A DNA stretch of 47,699 bases from Candidatus Omnitrophota bacterium (GCA_013203315.1 JABMQJ010000024.1:1-47699), one strand, 5' to 3'. Positions 28,150-37,578 are shown, counted from the stretch's first letter. Made by a program: numbers and translations. The notes: generated from the letters alone by a model not told the origin.

Positions 28150-28506
28150 ATGACAAAATACATATTAAGCCTTGTTTTTCTTATGACTCTTACAACCGGG
28201 GCTGCTTATGCGCATCCACCAAACTCCATGGGAACGCGCTATAACCGGGAAGATAAAACATTAGAAATTCACATTGTCCATCCTGTCCGAAACCCAAAAA
28301 AACATTATGTGGAAAAAGTCACAATTGCCAAAAACGGCGATCCTGCCGTGACAAAAGAATTCACGGAACAGGAGAACGACAAAGTGCAAAACGTTATTTT
28401 TGAGCTTGTTGATGTAGATCCGGAGGACATTGTTGTCATAGAGGCTCACTGTAGTATAAGCGGAAAATTAAAAGGAAAACTGGATTTAAGCAAATTGATT
28501 AAATAA
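28150..28506 (+). CDS. Secreted protein, possible metal-binding Ig-like fold
   Basis: Signal peptide then HPP; HPV....HY; C-terminal A.CSISG. Confidence 0.7.
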   Translation: MTKYILSLVFLMTLTTGAAYAHPPNSMGTRYNREDKTLEIHIVHPVRNPKKHYVEKVTIAKNGDPAVTKEFTEQENDKVQNVIFELVDVDPEDIVVIEAHCSISGKLKGKLDLSKLIK

Positions 28507-28520
28507 AAAAGGAGACACCG

Positions 28521-29087
28521 ATGAACCTTAAAGAACTGGAAATGCGTTCGGAAAGAGAGTTTAATAACACGATATGCCTGATCGGCATTATTCCGTTTTT
28601 GGTTTTTGTTCATGTTTTAGCCGATAAGTTCGGCTTTAAAATATTCATCGGCGAAACAGGTTACATTGTGCTTGTTTCCATGATAATCCTGCTTTTGGGT
28701 ATAATTATGGGCAAAAAAATGCTTTGGCGCGTAATAAAGCGCCTTATCGATTTTAACCAGCAGGTTATAGGGTTGCAGAGGGACCTTATAGAGAAAAAAA
28801 GGCTGGCTGCGATCACGGAAACTACCCTGACGCTTGGGCACGAAATCAATAATCCGCTTGCCGTTATATCCGGAAATCTTGAGTTCATTGAAAATGATTT
28901 TGAAAAAAGCAATATACCAAGCACTATACAAGAGCGATTTATTACTATAAAAAATCATTGCGAACGCATAAGGGAAGCGACTAACAAGTTGGCGCACCTG
29001 GCAAAGCCGTCCATGCGCACAATTTACGGCGATACTAAAATAATCGATCTGGCTAAATCCAAGATTAACTTACCCGAGAAAAAGTAA
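28521..29087 (+). CDS. Two-TM protein with HisKA dimerisation domain but no ATPase domain
   Basis: HEINNPL H-box; no N/G boxes before the stop. Confidence 0.8.
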   Translation: MNLKELEMRSEREFNNTICLIGIIPFLVFVHVLADKFGFKIFIGETGYIVLVSMIILLLGIIMGKKMLWRVIKRLIDFNQQVIGLQRDLIEKKRLAAITETTLTLGHEINNPLAVISGNLEFIENDFEKSNIPSTIQERFITIKNHCERIREATNKLAHLAKPSMRTIYGDTKIIDLAKSKINLPEKK

Positions 29088-29088
29088 C

Positions 29089-29640
29089 ATGCCAGCAAAA
29101 AGCGCACTGGTCATTTTAGCGAATGGCTTCGAGGAAATAGAGGCGATAGCACCTGTAGATATCCTGCGAAGGGCCGGGGTCAAGGTAACCGTGGCTGGCT
29201 TATCCGGGCTCGAGATAGAAGGAGCACATGGCGTAAAGTTTACAGCCGATAGCAAGTTGGACGGCCTAAAAGAAGAATTTGACGCTGTAATACTTCCCGG
29301 TGGCGGTCTCGGCGCCGAGAACCTTTCCAAATCATACGAAGTAAGGGTTCTGGTAAAAGAAATGCACCTAAAGGGGAAGATCGTAGCCGCGATATGCGCG
29401 TCTCCTGCAGTGGTCCTGGCACCCATGGGGATTCTTAACGACAAGAAAATAACCTGTTATCCTTCTGAAAAAAACTCTTTACCAAGCAATGTCACCTTCA
29501 TAGATAAACCCGTTGTAGTAGATGGCCTTATCGTAACAAGTAAAGGACCGGGAACTGCCATCTCCTTTGGTTTAAAACTCACCGAACTCCTTCTGGGTAA
29601 AGACGCAGCAGATTCCCTAAAGAAGAAACTTCTCGTTTAG
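29089..29640 (+). CDS. DJ-1/YajL (ThiJ) family protein
   Basis: GFEEIEA, LPGG, AAICASP, TSKGPGT. Confidence 0.93.
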   Translation: MPAKSALVILANGFEEIEAIAPVDILRRAGVKVTVAGLSGLEIEGAHGVKFTADSKLDGLKEEFDAVILPGGGLGAENLSKSYEVRVLVKEMHLKGKIVAAICASPAVVLAPMGILNDKKITCYPSEKNSLPSNVTFIDKPVVVDGLIVTSKGPGTAISFGLKLTELLLGKDAADSLKKKLLV

Positions 29641-29679
29641 GCCCGGGGCATAATAGTAAAGATACAATATAATAAAAAA

Positions 29680-30507
29680 ATGATGAAAAAAATATCACTG
29701 ATTGCCCTATTCTTGACGCTAGCTTTTTGTACTTTTACGTTAGCCCAATATGCTGAAATAGCGACCGAAGAGATATTATCAAAAGAGGAGCCGATTTTTG
29801 AGAAGAAAGCTAAAGACGAGATAGAAATAAGTTCTTTCGGTGAATACAGTTGGGTGAAACAGGGGTCCAGGAAAGGCAATTGGAATATCTCAATAAATCG
29901 AATTGCGTATCTTGTGCACAATATGCCGGTTGCCTATGCGGATTTTACGGTCCGTACGCGTTTTCTTGAAACAGATTATAATTTTGATTTCGGTTCCTAC
30001 TACAAGATAGAAAAAGGATATGTACACGGTGAGGTCGGCTTCGGAGCCGATGTCGATTACACATATCGCCTTAAGGCGCTTGCCGAGATTGAGTATAAAC
30101 TTATTGGTACGCTATTTGTGAATGTAGACGGAACGTTTCTGAATTACGAGACTGCTAATGTATTCGTTACTTCACCGGGGCTGGTTTATTATTTTGGTAA
30201 CCATTATATAGCCGCTGATTACGGCATGTCTCTTAGCGAAGGTCGCGATCCGGCGTATTTTGGTATGGTACGGGGACACCTTGGCCTGAATAAATATCTT
30301 GGTTTATGGTTTAGCGGCGCGGCCGGTGAACGTTTATACGATATTTTCGAGCTTAATTCCTCAAAACAGGCCGGCTACATATTGTCTTCAGGTATAGAAG
30401 TTACCGTTTTTGAGGATATTAAATTAAGGGTCGGATTGTCATATTCTAAAGAAAAACCGGCTTTTATAAAAAGAAGTATAAATTTCAAAGGATCCATAAA
30501 GTTCTAG
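29680..30507 (+). CDS. YaiO-like outer-membrane beta-barrel
   Basis: Signal peptide, alternating amphipathic strands, C-terminal Phe; context with HEAT and GT2 genes. Confidence 0.7.
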   Translation: MMKKISLIALFLTLAFCTFTLAQYAEIATEEILSKEEPIFEKKAKDEIEISSFGEYSWVKQGSRKGNWNISINRIAYLVHNMPVAYADFTVRTRFLETDYNFDFGSYYKIEKGYVHGEVGFGADVDYTYRLKALAEIEYKLIGTLFVNVDGTFLNYETANVFVTSPGLVYYFGNHYIAADYGMSLSEGRDPAYFGMVRGHLGLNKYLGLWFSGAAGERLYDIFELNSSKQAGYILSSGIEVTVFEDIKLRVGLSYSKEKPAFIKRSINFKGSIKF

Positions 30508-30517
30508 CGAGGAAGAG

Positions 30518-31795
30518 ATGTTTTACGAAATAACACAGCATTTCTGGATAGTTGTAAGATTGTTGACTGTCTTTGTCGGGGGCCTGGTGATCTACATGAT
30601 AATAAGGAAGGCAAGAGAAGCGACGTCAACAAAAATCCACGATCGCAGAACGAAAGACATAGATGCAGCGCTCATGGATTTCGTGGATTCCGCAAAAAGC
30701 AATACCAGCGACTCTATGTCAGAAGTATTGCAAAAAGCGAATCTCGGTGAATTAGCGTATCTATTGGATCGGATAAAGAATCTTCCGGATACCCCAAGAA
30801 AAAAAGTCTTGTATAAAGTTATCCTGTATTCCAATAGACTGAAAAACATAAAAAGAATCGCAATTTCAAAAAGTCCGCTAAGAAAAAAAATCCTGTCGAT
30901 AAGAATACTAGGAAAATTAAAAGACGACACGTTGGTGCACGAACTAAAAGCGATTATAGATACATCGAATGACCCTGACATAATTTACGCGGTCATTCAG
31001 GCCCTCGGTGAAATAGAAAGTTCGCTTGCCGTAGATACGATCATGTCTTTGCTGGGAACAAATAAATTTTCAAATTCCAAAATATCCGCAATTTTAGAAA
31101 CCATCGAGCACCCCATTCTGAATCATAGTTTAAAAAGACAGAAGGATAAAGACAGTACCGTGAGATTCTGGGTGGCAAATTTTCTGGGTAACTATAAAGA
31201 TGACATTGCTTTTGAAGCCCTGGAAGAAATGCTAAAAGACAACGACCCGAATGTACGGGCTGCGGCATGCGAGAGTTTGGGTAAAATAGGCAATAAAAAA
31301 GCCGTCGACTTTCTCCATGAGCTTCTTCTTGATGATTTCTGGTTTGTTCGCCTTCATGCGATAAAAGCCCTGGGCCAGTTTCTTTCTACCGGGAGTATCA
31401 AGAGAATCATCCCGTCCCTCCGGGACAAAAACTGGTGGGTGCGATATAACGCAAAGTCCACCTTGAAGAAGTTCGGGCCCGAGGTAGCTCCCTACATGCA
31501 TCCTGTATTAAGAGACGGCGACAGGTTTGCCAGAAATTCCGCAGTAGAAATATTGGAAGAGACCGGATCTGCGGATAAGATGTTCGATAAGCTTATGTTC
31601 GATACTGTGTCGGATGAAAAGACACATAATTTATTTATAGATTTCATAGAAGCAGAGGGATTCCTATGGCTAAAATCCCGCTTAAAACAGATGGATAAGG
31701 AAAAAAGGCATTTTGTGATGAAGTTAATCGAAAAAGAAGACCTCGATATGTATGAAGACACGAAAGACAGAATTTATCACGGAGAATCGAAATGA
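30518..31795 (+). CDS. Membrane-anchored HEAT-repeat protein
   Basis: N-terminal TM; repeated D.D..VR..A...LG units. Confidence 0.88.
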   Translation: MFYEITQHFWIVVRLLTVFVGGLVIYMIIRKAREATSTKIHDRRTKDIDAALMDFVDSAKSNTSDSMSEVLQKANLGELAYLLDRIKNLPDTPRKKVLYKVILYSNRLKNIKRIAISKSPLRKKILSIRILGKLKDDTLVHELKAIIDTSNDPDIIYAVIQALGEIESSLAVDTIMSLLGTNKFSNSKISAILETIEHPILNHSLKRQKDKDSTVRFWVANFLGNYKDDIAFEALEEMLKDNDPNVRAAACESLGKIGNKKAVDFLHELLLDDFWFVRLHAIKALGQFLSTGSIKRIIPSLRDKNWWVRYNAKSTLKKFGPEVAPYMHPVLRDGDRFARNSAVEILEETGSADKMFDKLMFDTVSDEKTHNLFIDFIEAEGFLWLKSRLKQMDKEKRHFVMKLIEKEDLDMYEDTKDRIYHGESK

Positions 31796-33207
31796 TGTAC
31801 TTTTCGATCTACAAATTCTTTTACGTTGTATATGTTATATGCCTCATATACTTCTTATGTCTCGTTACCTATTTCTTTTTTCTTTTGGTAATCGCATTTT
31901 TAGAAAATAGGAGACGCGACATACAGCACAAAGACGAAAACTATAATACAGCCTTGTCTTCAAGGTTTACGATACCGGTAAGCATATTGATACCCGCGTT
32001 AAACGAGGAAAAAACGATTTTAAATTGCGTAAAATCCGCTTTAAATCAAGACTATCCGGAATTCGAAGTGATTGTCGTAAGCGACGGCTCTACGGATAGG
32101 ACCGTGGAAATTCTCGCGCAGGAATTCAATCTCACGGAAACCGATATTTTTTATAGAAAAAAAGTTTCGAACAACAATATAGTCTCTATATATAAGTCCG
32201 GGAAATATCCAAATCTCACGGTTGTTAATAAACGTAATGGCGGACAAAAGGCCGCGGTTCTTAATAACGCGTTAGATTTCTCAAGGTATCGCTATATCTG
32301 CAGTATAGACGCTGATACAGTATTGGAAAAAGACGCCGTATTAAAGACCATGAGGCCCATACTCAGGGAACCGGATAAGATTGTCGGCGCCGGGAGCTTG
32401 CTCGGTATTCTTAACGGTTTTGTCGTTAAGGATGGAAAGATTCTAAAGAGAAAGTTTTCACGCTTTTCTCTTTCCTCATTCCAAACCCTGGAATATATAA
32501 GAAGCCATATCGGAAACCGGCTATCCTTGAGCAGGTTTCGCTCCATGCTTTGTATTTGCGGCGGATTCGGTGTATGGCGTAAGGATTTTTTACTCGAAAT
32601 AGGAGGCTATTCTTCTGACTTTACATGCGAAGACATAGAGATAACTTTCAGGGCGCATGATCATATCGTTAAAAATAAAAAACCTTACAAGATTATCATG
32701 CTTCCTCACTGCGTCGCATGGACAGAAGGGCCCAGCCGTATAAAAAATCTTATAAAACAGCGAAATAGATGGCAGAGGGTAACGAATGAAACCGTCTGGC
32801 ACTATCGCCACATGCTTTTTAACCCTAAATACGGATGGATAGGATTTCTGGGGGCACCATATTATCTATTTTATGAGAGTCTGGGGATATTTTTTGAACT
32901 GGCAAGCATTATGGTTCTTCTATGGGGAACGGTTTTAGGGTATGTGGCCCTCAACCATTTTTTGCTTATTCTGGCAATCATGATTTTATGCTATAGCATT
33001 ACGACACTAGTTTCGCTGTTAATATTTGACAAAAACCAGCGCATGCTTTCGCTGAAAGACTTACTCGTATTCGCGGGGTTAAGCTTCTTGGAATTTTTCG
33101 GATATAGACAGATAATATCAATCGCCAGAGTGTTGGGAACCATCGACTTTATCCGTGGCGACAAGAAATGGCATAAATTCGAAAGAAACCATCAGACAAC
33201 TTATTAA
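31792..33207 (+). CDS. Processive GT2 glycosyltransferase (polysaccharide-synthase-like)
   Basis: PALNEE, DGSTD, DADT, CED, QRNRW; TM helices. Confidence 0.92.
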   Translation: MMYFSIYKFFYVVYVICLIYFLCLVTYFFFLLVIAFLENRRRDIQHKDENYNTALSSRFTIPVSILIPALNEEKTILNCVKSALNQDYPEFEVIVVSDGSTDRTVEILAQEFNLTETDIFYRKKVSNNNIVSIYKSGKYPNLTVVNKRNGGQKAAVLNNALDFSRYRYICSIDADTVLEKDAVLKTMRPILREPDKIVGAGSLLGILNGFVVKDGKILKRKFSRFSLSSFQTLEYIRSHIGNRLSLSRFRSMLCICGGFGVWRKDFLLEIGGYSSDFTCEDIEITFRAHDHIVKNKKPYKIIMLPHCVAWTEGPSRIKNLIKQRNRWQRVTNETVWHYRHMLFNPKYGWIGFLGAPYYLFYESLGIFFELASIMVLLWGTVLGYVALNHFLLILAIMILCYSITTLVSLLIFDKNQRMLSLKDLLVFAGLSFLEFFGYRQIISIARVLGTIDFIRGDKKWHKFERNHQTTY

Positions 33208-33260
33208 AAAAATAACCATTAGGGACGGTTTTGCATAAGGGCAAGATTTTAGCTAAAAGG

Positions 33261-33289
33261 TTGCCAAATCGGGAGTTTATAGGTATACT
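33261..33289 (+). promoter_or_regulatory. sigma70-type promoter
   Basis: TTGCCA-17 nt-TATACT. Confidence 0.65.
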
Positions 33290-33309
33290 TTCCTAAAAGG
33301 GGGTGCTGT

Positions 33310-33582
33310 ATGAGAAGAATATTAGCTTTAGTATTAATAGCTGTATTTATGCTATCTATCGCCGGTTGCGCAAGTAAGACAGAATATGATAAACTGATTG
33401 ATCAAAAAGCAGCCGTTGAAAAGAAGGTTTTGGATCTTTCCGCAGACATAGATACCCACAAAAAGACAATCGCTGCCAGAGACATGGAGCTTCGGGATCT
33501 GAGAAGCTCCCTAAAAGCGGCAGAGGCAAAAGCCAACAGTCTTGCGGCCGAAGTAGCCAAATTAAAGCCTGCAGAGCAATAG
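33310..33582 (+). CDS. Coiled-coil lipoprotein
   Basis: Lipobox IAG-C followed by heptad repeats. Confidence 0.8.
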   Translation: MRRILALVLIAVFMLSIAGCASKTEYDKLIDQKAAVEKKVLDLSADIDTHKKTIAARDMELRDLRSSLKAAEAKANSLAAEVAKLKPAEQ

Positions 33583-33607
33583 GATTTAAGAGTATAATCC
33601 TTTGAAA

Positions 33608-33645
33608 AAACCCGCATTTGGAGGCTCCAGGTGCGGGTTTCTTTT
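33608..33645 (+). terminator. Terminator hairpin, member of a repeated family
   Basis: AAACCCGCATTTGGA-GGC-TCCAGGTGCGGGTTT; related to 37309, 39978 and 40873. Confidence 0.8.
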
Positions 33646-33685
33646 CTATTTTTATATCAAATTTTGAACAGGGGAGAGGAGAAAC

Positions 33686-33970
33686 ATGAAAAAAGCAAGT
33701 GCGCGTCACATTCTTGTAGATTCAAAAGAGGCCTGTGAAAGCCTGAAATCTCAAATCGAAAAAGGTGCGGATTTCACACAAGTAGCAAAAGAGCACTCAA
33801 AATGCCCATCCGGTAAGAGTGGGGGAAGTCTTGGCGAGTTTACGCCCGGCCAGATGGTAAAAGAGTTTGATGCAGTAGTGTTTAGCGCTGAATTAAACAA
33901 GGTCCAGGGCCCCGTAAAGACTGATTTCGGTTACCATCTAATCGAGGTAACAAGCCGTAATGACAACTAA
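33686..33970 (+). CDS. ppiC: Parvulin-type peptidyl-prolyl isomerase
   Basis: ARHILV, HSKCPSG..GG.LG.F..GQMVKEFD, T.FGYH. Confidence 0.93.
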   Translation: MKKASARHILVDSKEACESLKSQIEKGADFTQVAKEHSKCPSGKSGGSLGEFTPGQMVKEFDAVVFSAELNKVQGPVKTDFGYHLIEVTSRNDN

Positions 33971-34646
33971 AATTAGATTAAAGATAGCGGGCATATTTAG
34001 CACATTATGGCGGAAATTCACGGAAGGGTCATATGTTACTTTTACAACTGTCGCGATCTTCGGTATTTTGCTTGGAATATTTTTAAAAAGATTTACAAAA
34101 TATCCAAACAGCATCAATGACTGGATATCCTGGTCAATATTGTGGTTCTCGGCCGGCGCCTGGCTTCGAATGAGTTTTCAGTCAAATCCCAAAATGGAAA
34201 TCAAAATAGACACCGACCATAGCACTTTTCCCCCAAAGCCTAAAATAAGCCACGAAATAGATAAAAAAGGTACGCTATATGTTGATGCGGTTCTGAACTT
34301 TATCAATCGAAGTAGCACCAACAATTCAATAGTTAGTGAAAGATATTTAGTCAGCGGGGATAATAAGAAATATATGCCGGCACGGAAAAAAACAGGCAAT
34401 GGATCCGGCGTTATTAAAGAAATCCATTTACCGGACGTATATAGGCCATATACTGCGAGGAAACACAAAGTTTCTCTTGCTGTGGAAAAAAATTGTACAT
34501 ATGGAGTATTAGAAAATGGCCATAAATACTGGATTAAATTCATTTATGAACCGATAAACGGCAAGCATATTACAGTCACGGTTGAAAAAGAAATAGACAA
34601 TTCTATTAAAGAAAAACACAAATACCTGTCCCCAATTACAGTATGA
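33960..34646 (+). CDS. Hypothetical membrane protein
   Basis: Two TM helices, then a beta-rich domain; overlaps both neighbours. Confidence 0.65.
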   Translation: MTTKIRLKIAGIFSTLWRKFTEGSYVTFTTVAIFGILLGIFLKRFTKYPNSINDWISWSILWFSAGAWLRMSFQSNPKMEIKIDTDHSTFPPKPKISHEIDKKGTLYVDAVLNFINRSSTNNSIVSERYLVSGDNKKYMPARKKTGNGSGVIKEIHLPDVYRPYTARKHKVSLAVEKNCTYGVLENGHKYWIKFIYEPINGKHITVTVEKEIDNSIKEKHKYLSPITV

Positions 34647-35422
34647 AAATCTCACGCCCCTTAGTAGTCCTCGATCTTGAAACAACCGGAACATGGGTTG
34701 AGAAAGACAAGATTGTAGAGATAGGCATGGTAAAGCACCTGCCTGATGGCTCTAAAGAGAGCTATGTAAAGCGTGTAAATCCGGGCATGCATATCCCGGA
34801 GTCTGTAAGCAAAATTACGGGAATAAGCGATGAAGATGTCAAAGATGCGCTCATCTTTAGTAAAATAGCGCCTGAAGTGATTGCTTTTTTGGGAGACTGC
34901 AATATAGGGGGATTTAATATAGAGAGGTTTGACATACCTCTGCTTGAACGTGAGATAATAGATGTGGGGCTTAAGTTTGAGCTTGGCGATAGAGTTGTAT
35001 ATGATGCCCAGAAGATCTATAATATACATGAAAAAAGGAACCTTACGGCAGCATATAAGTTCTACTGCAATAAGGCGCTTGATAATGCGCACTCAGCGCT
35101 TGGAGATGTTGAAGCTACCTTTGAAATACTCTCGGAGCAGGTTAACAAATATGGGTCCACTGAAGAGGGTATTAGCTCCTTAGCTAAGTTTGATTACGAA
35201 AGGTCACTTGATTACTTTGATAAGGGGAGAAAATTCAGGTGGTGGAACAGTGAGCTTTATCCCATGTTTGGGAAACATGCCAGGCGCCATAGCATAAGAG
35301 AGCTGGTAAAGAGGGACCGTGCTTACCTTGAGTGGATCCTTTCTAAGGACTTTAGCGTTGAAGTAAAGGCTATGATAGGAGATGCCCTTTCCGGGGCATT
35401 CCCCAAGCCGCCAAAGAGATAG
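34643..35422 (+). CDS. DEDDh 3'-5' exonuclease (DnaQ-like)
   Basis: DLETTG, FNIERFD, AHSALGD; C-terminal FGKH...YLEWI. Confidence 0.92.
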   Translation: MKISRPLVVLDLETTGTWVEKDKIVEIGMVKHLPDGSKESYVKRVNPGMHIPESVSKITGISDEDVKDALIFSKIAPEVIAFLGDCNIGGFNIERFDIPLLEREIIDVGLKFELGDRVVYDAQKIYNIHEKRNLTAAYKFYCNKALDNAHSALGDVEATFEILSEQVNKYGSTEEGISSLAKFDYERSLDYFDKGRKFRWWNSELYPMFGKHARRHSIRELVKRDRAYLEWILSKDFSVEVKAMIGDALSGAFPKPPKR

Positions 35423-35437
35423 ATTTAAATAGGGGAG

Positions 35438-35974
35438 ATGAAAAAAATGAGTGACGAAAGAAAATCTCTTAATGAATTAATTCTTAACGCAAAGTTAGAC
35501 GAACAGCATATTGAAGCCGCGTATTTTAAAGAAAGAGCGGAAAACTTCACAAAGCACAATAAAATAAGCTATAAAGATACGCGGAGCCTGGTTATTGATA
35601 TTCATTTATCGCTGGAACGCATGCTTAACTTCACGATTGCGCTGCTTTTTTTATTCGGCCGGGATCGGTTAGGACTGCCTGACAAAAAAGCCCCGGCGCT
35701 TTCGTCTGTTGGCTTAGTTCCTTTCTCGCATAAATTAAGCATAATCAAGAGCCTGGATTTGTACAGCAAAGAAACTGCGCAAACATTGTTTAGAATTAAT
35801 AAGACCAGAAATGCTTTTGCCCATGGTGATGAAATGGATAGTCCGAGATATAACTATGATGCGATATCGATATTCACACAAGGGGCTGTTGACAGGGTAA
35901 TAGAAGACTATGAAAAGGCCATGGCAGAATGGGAAAAACTCTTCAATGCGGTAGAGCCTGAGGTAAAAGGATAG
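35438..35974 (+). CDS. All-helical protein with HEPN/MtlR-like Rx4H motif
   Basis: HLSLE, F..KL, INKTRNAFAH. Confidence 0.6.
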   Translation: MKKMSDERKSLNELILNAKLDEQHIEAAYFKERAENFTKHNKISYKDTRSLVIDIHLSLERMLNFTIALLFLFGRDRLGLPDKKAPALSSVGLVPFSHKLSIIKSLDLYSKETAQTLFRINKTRNAFAHGDEMDSPRYNYDAISIFTQGAVDRVIEDYEKAMAEWEKLFNAVEPEVKG

Positions 35975-36008
35975 TTAACGAACATTAACCTGAAAGGAAG
36001 GCGCTAAA

Positions 36009-36392
36009 ATGTTAAGAAAGCCGATATTAATTATCGATGATGAGACAGACTATACCGACTTACTCAAAGTGCACCTGGAAGCAATAAGTGATTTTGAGAT
36101 ATTCGCTTCCAATAACAGCGAAGACGGGATCAAGTTGGCAAAACAGTTAAAACCGCTTTTGGTTCTTCTTGATATACTTATGCCCGGGATAGACGGTTAC
36201 GAGGTACTGAAACGATTAAAAAGCGACCCGGATACCCAAATGATTCCCGTCATTATGCTGACCGCCCTGGGTTCCGAGGAGTCGAAAATAAAAGCCTCAC
36301 AATTATTCGATGAAGACTATCTCGTAAAACCGGTAGAAGCGCGCGACTTGAAGAAAAAAATAGAAGAAGTTATAAAAAGAAGGGGAGCTTAA
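36009..36392 (+). CDS. Single-domain response regulator
   Basis: IIDDE, LLDILMP, MLTA, KP. Confidence 0.93.
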   Translation: MLRKPILIIDDETDYTDLLKVHLEAISDFEIFASNNSEDGIKLAKQLKPLLVLLDILMPGIDGYEVLKRLKSDPDTQMIPVIMLTALGSEESKIKASQLFDEDYLVKPVEARDLKKKIEEVIKRRGA

Positions 36393-36407
36393 GTAAGGAG
36401 AAACGAA

Positions 36408-36614
36408 ATGAAAAATTTTATTGCTTTTGTTATTATTATTGTAGCTATAGTAATAGGTATCTACATAGTCTTCCCGAAATATACACTACACCCAATGGGG
36501 CAAGGAATTATGAGATACAACAAAGTTACCGGTCAGTCCTGGAGGTTAAATCTGAATGATGGCTATTGGGACGAAATAGAAGAGAAGGAATTGAAGGCAT
36601 CCGAAGCAAAGTAA
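36408..36614 (+). CDS. Small membrane-anchored protein
   Basis: TM then RYNKVTGQSW; stop TAA lies in junction repeat A. Confidence 0.75.
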   Translation: MKNFIAFVIIIVAIVIGIYIVFPKYTLHPMGQGIMRYNKVTGQSWRLNLNDGYWDEIEEKELKASEAK

Positions 36615-36631
36615 GGGAGATGCTTAAATAG
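36606..36631 (+). repeat. Gene-junction direct repeat, copy A
   Basis: GCAAAGTAAGGGAGATGCTTAAATAG. Confidence 0.7.
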
Positions 36632-36678
36632 TAGGAATGATGGCAAAAAAAGGTCGATTGGGTTAAGGAAAATGTCTT

Positions 36679-37002
36679 ATGGGTATTGAAAGACGTGCCG
36701 GTGAGCGTGTGCGTAAAAAAATTCACCTGCGAGTGGATCCTCCCGGTCATGCCGCGGATATTTTAGATATCAGTCTGCACGGACTTTTAATCGAATCTTC
36801 CAAGCACTATGTGCCTAACGCCGCGGTGCGCCTTACATTGATGTTACCCGCCGGCATGGAATTCCAGTGTGATGCGAACGTAGTTTGGGTGAATCCCCAA
36901 ACAACAACAGCACCCATTTATAAGGTTGCCCTGCAGTTCACAAGCCTATCCGAAGCCGATCTCGCAACACTAAAAAAAGTACTGCAAAATGAGAGCACTT
37001 GA
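36679..37002 (+). CDS. PilZ domain protein
   Basis: RRAGER and DISLHG. Confidence 0.85.
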   Translation: MGIERRAGERVRKKIHLRVDPPGHAADILDISLHGLLIESSKHYVPNAAVRLTLMLPAGMEFQCDANVVWVNPQTTTAPIYKVALQFTSLSEADLATLKKVLQNEST

Positions 37003-37025
37003 CTCATTTTATACTGCTTGTTACT

Positions 37026-37051
37026 CCGGAATAAGGGAGATGCTTAGGTGA
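37026..37051 (+). repeat. Gene-junction direct repeat, copy B
   Basis: CCGGAATAAGGGAGATGCTTAGGTGA; supplies SD and GTG start of 37048. Confidence 0.72.
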
Positions 37052-37254
37052 CAAGGAAACTATTTTGCATAGTTATTTTGATTGCAGCTTGTTTTACAAT
37101 AATTTTATATGGGTGTAGCCAAGGTAAGCCTGAAGAACCAAGCGTGATAGAAGTTCTATCAGGAAAAACGCAGCTAGACACGTATAAAAAAGCAAAATCT
37201 ACAATTGAAAAAATAGATAAATCTCGCAGTGAGCAATATCAGGGGTTGGAATAA
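37048..37254 (+). CDS. Small lipoprotein
   Basis: Signal peptide with LYG-C; GTG start inside repeat B. Confidence 0.75.
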   Translation: MTRKLFCIVILIAACFTIILYGCSQGKPEEPSVIEVLSGKTQLDTYKKAKSTIEKIDKSRSEQYQGLE

Positions 37255-37280
37255 AAATGACCCTCTCCACGATATAGATT

Positions 37281-37342
37281 AGGGACGGTTCTTTAGCCGA
37301 TCTTATATACCCGCATTTGGAGCATTCCGAATGTGGGTTTTT
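37281..37342 (+). repeat. Composite REP-half plus terminator repeat
   Basis: AGGGACGGTTCT..CCGATCTTATAT then ACCCGCATTTGGA..TCCGAATGTGGGTTTTT; paralogous to 39950-40013. Confidence 0.8.
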
Positions 37343-37402
37343 GTATTTATATGCTATATAATATATATATAGCATATTATAAGCATAAATAGTAATAACG
37401 CG

Positions 37403-37470
37403 TAAAATGTTAACTATGAAAAACCTAGATATTAGCCCTTGCGCTTTTAGCGGGGATTAGGCATACTTGG
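37403..37470 (+). promoter_or_regulatory. Duplicated promoter block, copy 1
   Basis: 67/68 identical to 40085-40152; TTGCGC-17 nt-CATACT. Confidence 0.8.
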
Positions 37471-37478
37471 GTAAGAGG

Positions 37479-37578
37479 GACGATAAAGGCACACCATCTG
37501 AAAAGATGGGTCGCAAAGCTTTAAGAGCCTCGCCTTGTAGGCGGAGTGTATCTACGAGTAAGGCAGTCAGCTTTCGAA
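37479..37578 (+). ncRNA. c-di-GMP-I (GEMM) riboswitch, U92 variant
   Basis: CGATAAAGGCACACCATCT-GAAA-AGATGGGTCGCAAAGC...GGCAGTCAGCTTTCG fits the GEMM-I layout; downstream terminator-like stem at 37596-37640. Confidence 0.8.

Noticed and set aside
35955-36400. Further degenerate junction-repeat copies near 35957 and 36380
   Set aside because: Similarity too weak to separate from ordinary SD and stop-codon context without a PWM score
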